DNA of 35,667 bases from Octopus sinensis. Its lineage: Eukaryota. The notes under the pieces are model-generated. The model was not told the origin of the DNA. It saw nothing but the letters and a program-made list of their open reading frames with translations, and did not search any database. Below are positions 11,712-23,199 of the stretch, piece after piece. The position numbers were made by a program, and so were the translations under genes. The stretch is taken from contig NW_021828041.1 of assembly GCF_006345805.1 (NCBI RefSeq), positions 1 through 35,667 of the forward strand. The letters run 5' to 3'. Position 1 is the stretch's first letter. Each line of letters opens with the position of its first letter.

Positions 11712-13350
11712 AATGACAAACAGCTGGAAACACTATTAAAGACAGTTCATGGATTTACTAAAGAAATAGATATGAAATTTGGATTAGAAAAATGCGCCAA
11801 AGTAACCATGAAAAGAGGAAAACTAGTTAAGAGTAACAACATAACACTAGATGAAGCAAATGAATTAAAAGAATTAGACCAAAGCCAAACTTACAAATAC
11901 TTAGGAATCCATGAACTAGAGAAGACACAACACACACAAATGAAAGAGAAAATGAAAAAAGAATATTATAGACGAGTTAGATCAATACTAAACACAGAGC
12001 TCATGCTAAAAACAAGATAATAGGTATCAACACTTTAGCTGTCCCAGTTATAAGTTACAGCTACAATATCCTTAACTGGACACGAAAGAACTGACCAAAA
12101 TAGACAGGAAAACAAGAAAAATAATGACAGGATCTAGGATGCATCACCAAAATCTGACATAGAAAGACTATATATTACAACGTATAGAAGGTGGTAGAGG
12201 CCTTATACAGCTGGAAAACTACTATAAAATAACCACCATAGGACTGCAAAAATATCTACTTCAGAAGGAAGGAAAAATGATCCAGATAGCGGCAAACACA
12301 CGAGCAAAACAAAAAACTGTTCTGTTCTCAGTATTAAGGAAGCTGACAAATACAAACAAGAAATCATACCACCTAATAAACATGAAGAAGAAGAAGAAGA
12401 AGATGAAGAAACAACAAAAGCTAAAAAAAAAATGAAATCCAAACTAAAAATAGAACAGCAACGAACCATGATAAAACGATGTCAAAGAAAAGCCCCTTCA
12501 TGGTAAATACTGACTAAACTAAACGCAAAAGAAATAGACAAAGAAAAATCCCAGCAATGGTTGAGAAGCTCGGACTCAAAGCAGAAACAGAGGGATTTTT
12601 AATTGCAGCACAAGACCAAAGCTCCCCACCAGAAATTACCAAAAACATGTAATGAAAAGAAAATATTACAAGTAACTGCAGAATATGTGGAGATGGACAA
12701 GAAACAATAAATCATATATCTCTAGCTGCCCAGTCCTGGCTAAGAAGGAATATATTCACAGACATGACAGAGTTGGAACTTACATACATTGGAAGCTATG
12801 CCAACATTATGGAATAACAACAGAAAAAAGATGGTATAGGCACACACCAGAAAAAGGTCACAGAAAACGAGAAAGCAATCATACTCTGGGATATGCCGAT
12901 ACACACAGTTAGAGAAATTAAGGCCAACAGACCAGATATAGTTGTCAGAGACCATGAAGAAAAAAAATGCTTTCTAATTGATGTATCAGTACCGGCAGAT
13001 GACAACGTGTCTCTAAAAGAAATGGAGAAACTCTCAAATACAAAGACCTGGAAATAGAGGTAACTAGAATGTGGAATCTGAAAACAGAAACAATTCCTAT
13101 CATAGTAGGTGCATTAGGCATGATAAAAAAATATTCAGACAAATACATACACAAAAACACCAGGACTTACAAACACATATAACATACAGAAAATTGCACT
13201 ACTAGGCACTGCACACATCCTACGCAGAACACTTTCCATACAATAACCATCAGAGCATCACAACAAATCACAGCACATACCCAAGGCACACAGAGCTGCG
13301 CTCGGTAGTGAAGTGAAAGCACGCTATAAAAATAAAAATAAAACTACTGA
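11712..13350 (+). mobile_element. 5'-truncated R4/Dong-like RLE LINE (RT C-terminus, CCHC knuckle, PD-(D/E)xK endonuclease, 3' UTR); frameshifted
   Basis: KQLETLLKTVHGFTKEIDMKFGLEKCAK..YKYLGI (late RT); CRICGDGQETINH..SSC; RHDRVGTYIHWKLC; KANRPDIVV..LIDVSVP..EK.SKYKDL; ends LGTAHILRRTLSIQ* at 13246. Flanked by (AAT)n on both sides. Confidence 0.92.
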
Positions 13351-13365
13351 ATAATAATAATAATA

Positions 13366-13470
13366 AGAAGAAGAAGAAGAGGAAAAAGAAGAAGAAGAAG
13401 AAGAAGAAGAAGAAGAAGAAGAAGAAGAAGAAGAAGAAGAAGAAGAAGAAGAAGAAGAAGAGAAGAAGAA
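13366..13470. repeat. (GAA)n microsatellite
   Basis: Long GAA run directly after the (AAT)n tail of the LINE. Confidence 0.95.
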
Positions 13471-13526
13471 ATATATATATATATATATATTATATATAAT
13501 ATATATATAATATATATATATATATA

Positions 13527-13945
13527 ATTAGTTTCGAAAAATTCTATCCTATGTTAATTTAATAGTGTTCACTTCCGGACTCTCTCACTTTACGAGAGCT
13601 TTTCGGTTCAAATCGCACGAGGTGTGCTACAGAATTTCTATTTTGGATATATTTGGAGTACTTAATTGTGCTCGTGGCTTAGTGTTTGTTTCTTCCATGG
13701 GTATAAGTAAGTATTTCACTTATTTCTTTACCGCATTTATCACTGATGAAGAGAAGGTTCTTATGAACTAACTCTGAAATCGGGCCCGATATGGTAATAA
13801 CGGAACTTTTTAGAAATTCTTGTCGGCTTTCTTCGAAACACGTGCTTGTAGTGATAAATTACATGGTTATTAACGTTGTATCTATTTTCGGCTTATTTTG
13901 GCATTAGAAGTTTTTTCTTTTGCCCTTACTTATAAAATGTATAAT
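13527..13945 (+). mobile_element. Penelope-like terminal-repeat relic carrying a hammerhead motif
   Basis: Homologous to 30376-30660 (ttagtg.ttg.tt.ttccatgggtat.agtaagtatttcacttat...gtaataacg...tttttaga). PLE identity is inferred from the hammerhead, a known PLE pLTR feature. Confidence 0.55.
13737..13797 (+). ncRNA. Type I hammerhead ribozyme motif
   Basis: Stem I TTATCA/TGGTAA; core CTGATGA (13743-13749); stem II AGAG/CTCT plus inner GGTTC/GAACT; GAAA (13776-13779); palindromic stem III ATCGGGCCCGAT; predicted cleavage triplet AUA after 13791. Confidence 0.75.
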
Positions 13946-13962
13946 TATATATATATATATAT

Positions 13963-14196
13963 ATGTAAAGTATAATAGCCATCACAATATGGCTAACCAC
14001 AAAGGGTGGGTGTTACTGAAGCTTTTAGCCCCAGGAGATCATCGTCTCCAGCTGGCTTTAGGCACACTCTCTGTGCTCTTATGGCACACTATGTGTGCCT
14101 AAAGCCAGCTGGAGACGATGATCTCCTGAGGCTAAAAGCTTCAGTAACACACACCTTTGTGGTTAGCCATATTGAGATGGCTATTATACTTTACAT
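13963..14196. repeat. Long near-perfect inverted repeat (arms ~105 bp, 25-nt loop)
   Basis: 13963-14067 is the reverse complement of 14093-14196 with about 4 differences. Confidence 0.95.
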
Positions 14197-14241
14197 TGTC
14201 GAGCGGCTACTGTTTACATCTCGTTCATAGATTTATTATTG

Positions 14242-14290
<49 letters not shown>

Positions 14291-14645
14291 CAATATGTTA
14301 TATGTACATGTATGTGACTCAGGGTAATTGATTTGAGGAAGTTGTGACATATATTATCTATAAAGTGTTATGAGCTATAACTCTGTCTGTACGTCTATGA
14401 ATTGTGAAGCTTTGTCTGTGCTGATAGAGACTCCGAATGGACTAGAAACCAGTCACGATAATCAGCCTATTCTGACTAAAGATCAATATATACTACAATA
14501 ATATTTGTTTTATTTATCTACATGTGTCAATTTATACTTCACACCAATGGTGAAGATTAACATTGTTTATTGTTAGATCTAACTGTGTACAGTTGACTAA
14601 AGTTTGGTGTTGATATATATATATATATATAATATATATATATAT

Positions 14646-14694
<49 letters not shown>

Positions 14695-14730
14695 TATATA
14701 CATATATATATACATATATATATACCCATG

Positions 14731-14787
<57 letters not shown>

Positions 14788-15317
14788 GTATATACATACA
14801 CACACACACACACATATATATATATACAGACATATGCACATACACGGTTTGATGCGTGTACACATATAGGTTACTCCCACTGATTTCTCATAACACACAT
14901 ACACATACACACTCATATACTCACACACTCACTCACACATATACACATATATGTCTGTGCGTGTATATATATATACGTATATATATACATACATTTATTC
15001 ATATGTATATGTTTATATATATGTATGAATATATATTGATATATGTATACACAAATGTAGCATGTATATAGACATATGAACGTGTGTGGGTATGTATGTT
15101 TATGTGTGTGTGTGTGAGTCTGTGTAAATTCGTGATTATCCGTTTGTGTGCGTATGCGCGGGTGTGTGACTGTGTGCAATAATCCATAGAATGATGCAAT
15201 CTTCAGAACCAAATTCATTCCCATAAATTGGTCAGCAACATTCCTGCATATTAATGTAATTAGAAGAACAGCAGCAGATAAAGTTGATGCGAAAATCAAC
15301 AAAGATAATAGGAACAT

Positions 15318-15327
15318 AGATGATGGC

Positions 15328-15366
<39 letters not shown>

Positions 15367-15412
15367 GTTGATGATGATGTCGATGATGATGATGACATGA
15401 TGATGATGATGG

Positions 15413-15452
<40 letters not shown>

Positions 15453-15483
15453 GTTGATGATGATGTCGATGATGATGATGACG

Positions 15484-15514
<31 letters not shown>

Positions 15515-15656
15515 GATGTCGATGATGATGATGACGTGATGATGATGACGAACACGATGATGATGGTCATCATCATGACGACGACAACGACGACGACGAT
15601 GATCTTAATCATCACCATCACCATCGCCATCATCACTGTCATCATCATCATCGTCG

Positions 15657-15728
<72 letters not shown>

Positions 15729-15735
15729 ACATCCA
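15318..15735. repeat. (GAT)n tract followed by its reverse complement (CAT/ATC)n tract
   Basis: GAT runs at 15318-15600 and ATC runs at about 15610-15730; internal gatgaagttgatgatgatgtc sub-repeat. Confidence 0.95.
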
Positions 15736-16107
15736 ATGAAACATTACAAATAACGTTAAGCAAATACTAAACAAATATCTGCGGCACATTGATTACAGCG
15801 GAATACACTAACGTGCGTGCACACACACACACAGACACACATACACACACACGCACATACCTACCTACCTCCCTCTTTCTATATATATATAAATATATAT
15901 ATATATCAATATATATATATATATATATAATATAATACATATTTATATACATATATATACACAAACATATATACATGTATATATGTATATATGTATATGT
16001 ATATACACATATACATATACACATATATATATTTATGTATATATACATATACATAACATATATATTTATATATGTATATATATATATATATAGTATAAAG
16101 ATATGTT

Positions 16108-16140
<33 letters not shown>

Positions 16141-16640
16141 GTGTGTATATATATATATATGTATCTATGCATGCTTGTATCCGTATAGACGTATAGGGAA
16201 CAGGTTTTCTTTCAAACACTGCAGTACATACGCTTGTGTAAATACAAACATATATATTTGTATAGACACGTATAAATACGCAGAAACACAAACACACATA
16301 AATCACAGACACACACACACACACACACACAGACACACACCACACATACACACCCCCCACAACACACACACACACACTCACACACAATCACCCACACATA
16401 TATATATTTATAAATATAACAGAACCATTTAAGGAAATATCACTGATACAAACGTAAAAACAAGAAGAAAAAAAGAAATGAAATAGAATGAAATTCCATT
16501 TTTCAATTAGTTAATTAAAGATGTTGATTAAAATATTTTAAGAATCTTCCAGCACAAAACTCGACTGCTAATTGTATACATGCGATTGTGTATCGATGTG
16601 ATTGATAGCGTTTCCTTGTGTTTTGCGTGCGTGCGCATAT

Positions 16641-16679
<39 letters not shown>

Positions 16680-16873
16680 TGTGTGTGTGTGTATTTGGAG
16701 GAGATCGAAGTTTATAATTTAAGCATTAAGAGAATTTACAACATTGATGAATTAAAGTGATTCAAAACCTATGAGCATCTCTAAATGAACTTTTATCAGA
16801 TTGGTTTTAAACGGTAAACACGTGAGCTTTCGATTTGAAGAGCATCTTTACAACAAAATAAAAATAAATAAAT

Positions 16874-17090
16874 GCGCCCTTTTCCCGGTTTCTATGGCGT
16901 ATGTGTTCCCAAGCTGGACGAGACGCCAGTCCATCGCAGCGTTAGTCATTTTTGCCAGTTGAGTGGACTGGAGTAACGTGAAATGAAGTGTTTTGCTCAA
17001 GAACACAACGTGTCGATCGGTCCAGGAATCGAAACTACAATCTTACGATCATGATGCTGACACCCTCTACCACTAAACAACGTGCCTCCA
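16874..17090 (-). mobile_element. tRNA-derived SINE (family B)
   Basis: Reverse complement contains tttagtggtagag..gtttcgattcc..ttgagcaaaacacttcatttcacgttactccagtccactca, matching the 7921 copy. Confidence 0.8.
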
Positions 17091-17133
17091 CATCTTTACA
17101 ACAGGAAAACACAAAAAGGTATTAACAGTAGAC

Positions 17134-17338
17134 CTTTCTACTATAGGTACAAAGCCTGAGATTTAAGAGGAGGGACTTGTCGACTTCTTCATCCCACGAG
17201 CTTAATTGGTACATGTGTTCACGACCACAAGCAAATGTGGGGTGCACCCTGTGAAATTCGAACACAGAAGGCAGCGATGAAGAAACGCCGTTTAGCATTT
17301 AGCCCAGTACGCTAACGTTTCTGCCATTTTATCGCCTT
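17134..17338 (-). mobile_element. SINE family A copy (decayed)
   Basis: ctataggtacaaagcctgag..tggtac..gaaattcgaacacagaa..gctaacgtttctgcca..tcgcctt. Confidence 0.75.
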
Positions 17339-17461
17339 AGTCCAGCTTGTAATATTTATAGCTAAAAAATACCTTTACTGGATGTAGATAATAAACAGAA
17401 TTACTATCTCTATCTCACTCCTCACTCACTAACTCTCTCTTTCTCTCTCTCCCCCTCTCTT

Positions 17462-17503
<42 letters not shown>

Positions 17504-18892
17504 GATATTTATGTATATGTGTGTGTGTTGGTATTTATATATGCACCTGAGGCCTCGATGGAGAAACACGGCAGTTATCGTTAGCTCTGTTAGGCCGAAT
17601 GCGTGCAGGAAACATCCCACCGCTAATGAGCCGGCTATAGGTGTTAAACCAGAACGCTCTTTATGTCTGACACCCGAAAAGCCGGACCATACTAGCGATG
17701 AGCTTCAGCACAGTTTCCTTCTATAAACTTTCGTTCACAAGACGTTTATCATCACTATTGTATGACTGAGCGCCCTCGCGTCGATTCGATTCGTTTCGTT
17801 TCGTTTCCTCTTCTTCTCTAAGCTGGTTTTTACATATAATTATGACGCGAAACTCTATAACTCCTTCTTCTCTCTTTCTTTCACCCTCTTTGGCTTCCTT
17901 CCTCTCTATCTCTCTCTCTCTCTCACTCCTCCTCATCTCTCTCACATCCGGGTCGACGAACTTCCTTTTGCTGGCGGCCTTCTTCAAGTAAACATGTTTC
18001 TTCCTGCGCTCGTGAAAAAAAAAACTTTTCCTCGTCTCGGCTTATAGGCCCTCATTATTTGTTTTCCTGTTCTGTTTCTATTCCTTCTTGTACTGTATTT
18101 TTTGTAATTGTATTTTTATTTCGTATTTGTTTTTAATTGTATTGTTTTTATGTCCTGTTTTTGTCACATTTTTTCCTTGTTTTTACCCCTCTGCAAAGGA
18201 ATTTTATTTAATTCTTTCGCAGGAAGAACTAGTTCGACGAGATGTGTTCTGTCATCACCTTCGAAACACGCTGGAGTTGAATTAGGGACAGCTGATGAAG
18301 GGGAATTTTCCTTGTGTAGTTGTCTTGTACTTCCTTTTTTCGTTGTTAAAAAAATGGTCCGTTCCATGCTGTTTTACTTTTTCGTTTCTCGTTGAGTTCT
18401 ACGTCTATTTGTGGTGTCCTGTACACACGTATATATATTTATATATGCATGTAGATGTAGGTACGTACATATATGTTTGTATGTATGCATATATTTTATT
18501 TATTACACTATTATATATATATATATATATATGTATGTATATTTGCTTGGTCTGGAGGAAGGGGAAGTGCTCATAACCTCCGTAGACTTTCCTAGTTCGG
18601 TTGTTATCGGTGCCATTTATTATTCTCCTGTATCTTTGTTATCAATACCTGTATAAAAAAAAACACACATCCTAATACACTATTCTAGAAGGCCTACATT
18701 AACTGAGGAAGAATATGGCTTAGTGATTAGGGCAGTAAAGAAACGGGTTAGTCTCAATGAGATTGGCTTCGTTCTCCGTCGCTTACAAAGGTGAGAGCTC
18801 CAATTGATATCATCAATGGTGCAGCTTGCTCGTGAAATTAACATCCTTGCTTTCTTTGTACTGTCTGACTATGTGTTTTGCTATTCCTTTTT

Positions 18893-19012
18893 TGTATCAC
18901 TCGTCTGGATGTTTTGCATTCTTGTCTTATTTCGTTGTGTATGTATATATATATATATATATATATAATACGAAATATGACAAGAACGCAAAACATCCAC
19001 ACAGGTGATACA
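18893..19012. repeat. Imperfect 43-bp inverted repeat around a (TA)n core
   Basis: tgtatcactcgtctggatgttttgcattcttgtcttatttcgt versus acgaaatatgacaagaacgcaaaacatccacacaggtgataca. Confidence 0.85.
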
Positions 19013-19204
19013 ATATATATATACATCGTTAAGGAAGTAATTTTTTATTCTCAAACGCAGGATAATGCTACCAGTGTAGCATGAACAGAATAAACTATCC
19101 ATATTTTGCAGTAAAATGTGTCGGCGGTTAGCCATCGTAATTTGAATTTACACACACACACACACACATATATATATATTTATATATATATGTATGTATG
19201 TATG

Positions 19205-19236
<32 letters not shown>

Positions 19237-19274
19237 CGTACGTATGTATGTATGTATGTATGTATGTATGTATG

Positions 19275-19305
<31 letters not shown>

Positions 19306-19411
19306 GTGCACGCGCGTGCATGATGTATATTTCTATCAGAAGATAAATTTGAAGACAATACTAAGTAAAAAATATACACGGTATGTGAAATATCTTAGGT
19401 TATTGAGTATG

Positions 19412-19774
19412 GGCTCAGGCATGGCTGTATGGTAAGTAGCATGCTTCCCAACCACATGGTTCCAGGTTCAGTCCCACTGCGTGGCACCTTGGGCAAGTGT
19501 CTGCTACTATAGCCTCGGGCCGACTAAAGCCTTGTGAGTGGATTTGGTAGACAGAAAGTGAAAGAAGTCCGTCATATATATATATAATGTGTGTATGTGT
19601 GCGTGTGTGTGTGTGTATACGCACATGTTTGTGTGTCTGTTTGTCCCCCCACCATCGCTTGACAACCAATGTTGGTGTGTTTACATAACCGTAACTTAGT
19701 GGTTCGTCAAAAGAGAGCGATAGAATAAATACTAGACTTACAAAGAATAAGTTCTGGGTCGATTTGTTCGACTA
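19412..19774 (+). mobile_element. tRNA-derived SINE family C with internal microsatellite, 3'-truncated
   Basis: Head ggcatggctgtatggtaag..ggttccaggttcagtcccactgcgtggcaccttgggcaagtg; internal (TA)/(GT) run; body gcttgacaacc..gtgtttac..gatagaataa; homologous to 34179-34617 (minus). Confidence 0.85.
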
Positions 19775-19823
<49 letters not shown>

Positions 19824-19849
19824 TATATATACACACTTAAACATATATA

Positions 19850-20808
19850 TCTCTCTATATATAAACGGCAGTTTGTCTGTCTGTGTGTCTGTGTGTCCGT
19901 CAGGTTGTACCCTCACCATGACCACGGCTTTCAACCGATTCTGATGAAACTTGACATACACATAGCCCAATGTCATAATTCAAAACTAACGCAGCGAACA
20001 TTTTGAAAAGTTCCCCCAGTTCTGAAAAAAGTCGATAAATTCGGCATGGGGTCGAGAATCAGAAACACAAACCACAGACTGTCTAGGGGACGCTACTCGA
20101 CCTTTTTAACCCTCAACTCCATCAATATCCAGCTACTTAAAGCTATTCCTGGTGATGTCGACGTTTACAAATCTATTGATAGGACAGCAGACCCTGCCGA
20201 ACTTGCCGATTATCCTGTTGAATTCCTGAATTCACTTGAACCGCAGGCCTGCCGCCACACATCCTGAAGTTAAAAGTCGGTGCGCCCATTATGCTCATCA
20301 GGAATTTGGTTCCACCTAAACAGTGCAACGGCACACGTCTGGTTGTGAAACATTTTCCACCACATTTACTAACGGCCACAATACTTACCGGTTGTGGGAA
20401 GGGAGAGGACGTCTTCATTCCACGCATGCACCTTCAACCGTCGGGCGCTGACCTACCAATCCACTTCAGGCGTTCTCAGTTTCCTGTTAAACTCTGCTTC
20501 GCAATGTCCATCAATAAATCCCAAGTCCAAACGCTACAAGTCGCTGGGTTACAGTTAGGCGAACAGTGCTTCGCCCACGGTCAAATCTACGTGGGCTGTT
20601 CACGCGTTGGGAGGCGCAATGATATTTTCATGTTTTCGCCCAAAGGGACAGCTAGGAACATCGTATACACAGAAGTATTCGAGTGAAGAGAAGACATTGC
20701 AACCTACACATGCGCCTTCGTTCCCTAGAAGGAAAGGACTAGATTGGGATTAGTCGTTGCTTACTAGGGGCTCTTACATACCCGGGCAACGCCGGGCTAT
20801 GCTGCTAG
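19850..20808 (+). mobile_element. Non-autonomous Helitron with both termini
   Basis: 5' A|TCTCTCTATATATAAA; 3' hairpin CCCGG-gcaacg-CCGGG (20781-20796) followed by CTAG|T (20805-20809); inserted between A and T; carries a helicase relic. Confidence 0.9.
20100..20686 (+). pseudogene. PIF1-family (Helitron Hel) helicase C-terminal fragment, one frameshift near 20245
   Basis: [11 protein letters not shown][fs][90 protein letters not shown]. Confidence 0.92.
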
Positions 20809-20837
20809 TATACATATACATGTAAATATATACATAC

Positions 20838-20872
<35 letters not shown>

Positions 20873-20972
20873 CATACACACAAATATATATACACATGTA
20901 TTCATTTAAATATATATACGCATATATCTACCCAAATTGATTGAATAGAACAGATGTATATGTATATATAAT

Positions 20973-22115
20973 AATGTTCGTCCTTCGGTTCGAAGATGAC
21001 CAACTGACATCATCTGATGGAACTGCCGCCATGAGACCGGAGGTGGCTGGTGAGGCCAATCCGGGCAAGGAAGCCCCTCCCACAGGTGGGGCAGAAGTGG
21101 GTAGGGGCAGTGCTACTGGTGCAGGCGGCTCTGACTTTACGCATCTGACGTTTCTGCTCCGCTGACCGAATCCGTCCCTCCTCGGCTGTCCCTGCTCCCA
21201 CGGTGATTGCGCTGCGCCAGGATGAGCGGTTGGCAGCAAGTGTCTCCCAGGTCTCTGTTCCGAGGAGAAGTCTTTGAGAGAGACCTTGAGACTATCCTTG
21301 TAGCGCTTTTTCTGCCCTCCGACTTTGCGCCTGCCCTGGCCGAGTTCACCGTAGAAGAGCTGTTTTGGGATGCGAGTGTCGGACATGCGGGGACGTGGCC
21401 CGCCCATCTCAGCTGGGCCTTGCGCATGATTGTGATGGTGCTAGGGAGATCTGCCTGCTTCAGAAACTTCCGTGTCTGGGACTTTGTCCTGCCAGCGGAT
21501 GTGAAGGAGATTCCGAAGACACCTGAGATGGAAGTGGTTTATCTGGCGCTCGTGCCTTCGGTAAGCAGTCCACGTCTCGCAGCCGTATAGTAGGGTGGTA
21601 AGCACGACTGCCCGGTAGCTTCAGCTTGGTGTTGAGGCTGATTCCTCTCCGCTCCCAGACTTTCTTTCGCAGTCTCCCAAACGCGCTGCTTGCCTTGGAG
21701 ATTCTGTTGATGGTTTCAGCATCTGTTGGCATTGCAGGAGAGAGTGCTGCCCAGGTAGGTGAAGTTTTCCACCACTCGTAGGATCCGTCCGTTCACCCTT
21801 ATCTGAGGCTCATGGTATTGTTTGCCGGGGACTGGCTGAACATTCACTTCGTTTTCTTTGCACTGATGGTGAGACCGAAGTTGTCACAGGCTGATGAGAA
21901 CCTGTCATCTCGAGCTGCATCTCCTGCTCATCGATTGCATTAAGGGCGCAGTCGTCAGCAAAGAGAAAGTCTCTGACGACTGTCTCCCTCACCTTGTGAC
22001 AGCCTGCAATCTCCTGGAGTTGAAAAGTTCCGTCTGTCCTGTACTTGATGTTGATACCGGACTTGCAGTCCCTAAAGGCGTCGGACATCATTGCCGAGAA
22101 CATGATGCTGAACAG
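20973..22115 (-). mobile_element. 5'-truncated RTE (BovB-like) LINE, frameshifted
   Basis: LFSIMFSAMMSDAF..YRTDG; VRDFLFADDCAL (RT catalytic motif); DAETINRISKASSAFGRLRKKVWERRGISLNTKLK; QLRWAGHV..RIPKQLFYGEL.QGRRKVGGQKKRYKDSLK; C-terminal CPTCGRGFLARIGLTSHLRSH zinc finger; 3' end ttcgaaccgaaggacgaac. Confidence 0.95.
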
Positions 22116-22332
22116 TATATATACACACACAAGCTCACCCTCATATATATATATATATATACCTATATAATACACACACATACGCACATATAGATACATA
22201 CCCACACACACATATATATATATATATATATACACACGTACATATGTAATATACAAATATACACACATATATACATATATATACATACATATAAACGCAC
22301 ATATATATATATATATGTATGTATGTATACAT

Positions 22333-22373
<41 letters not shown>

Positions 22374-23199
22374 CATATACATACAAGCACAGATATATGC
22401 ACATTCAAACATACATGCACACATACGCACGCACGCTCACACGCACACACACTGATACACGTAGGCATATATATGAAGACATTGAACTTTGCATGCAATT
22501 TTGTCAGTATTATACATACGTTTGCTTTTTTTAACAATTTTCTCTCTGCTCCTTCCCTCCTCTCTCTCTCATACACACACACATGCATACACAGGACACA
22601 CTACACACCATTAACCCCCCTCCCACACACACACACGTATGGCTGTACATGAATACAATCATAACACGATATAGTTTCACCATCATTACCATCTACATCT
22701 CTCCACCCTCAATTCAACCCCCGCCACCACCACCACTATTCCCTCCCCCCGTCGACCCTCTATCCCCCAAATCCCACTCCGTTGCTGATGCCACCCACCA
22801 TCCACTTGTCTTCCAAAACGGTTGATATGATCCATCCGACATTTTTCCCCCTGTAACAAAAACGACATCACCATCAACATCATCATAGGTGGCAGCAGTG
22901 TCTCTCGGTCTCTCTCCGTCGGTCTGTTTGTTCTCTCTCTCTCTCTCTCTCTCTCAATCTTTCTCTTTGGCCAGTTCAGAACATCCATGGAAACAAGATG
23001 GCGTTGAATGACGTTGAATAATTATCAAACTTCGGAGGCAATCAACAAATTAGATTTAGCCATTAGAGAACTCGAGCAGAGCCGTGCCGTGAGCGATCGA
23101 TCGCTAGATTCCATTGCACAGCCACCAATGATACAAATTACCAGTTGATTAGTAAAGCTCACTGGCTGCCAGCCACCCCTGATGTTGCAGTAGTTGTTG

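Noticed and set aside
15232-15789. Poly-Met/poly-His/poly-Ser ORFs resembling metal-binding proteins
   Set aside because: They are frame read-outs of (GAT)n/(CAT)n repeats.
18255-18325. Hammerhead-like GAAAC...CTGATGAAGGGGAA
   Set aside because: The core words are present but I could not form stems I and III in any permutation.
20928-21732. Overlapping ORFs on both strands suggesting a host gene
   Set aside because: All are explained by frameshifted pieces and the antisense of the RTE LINE.
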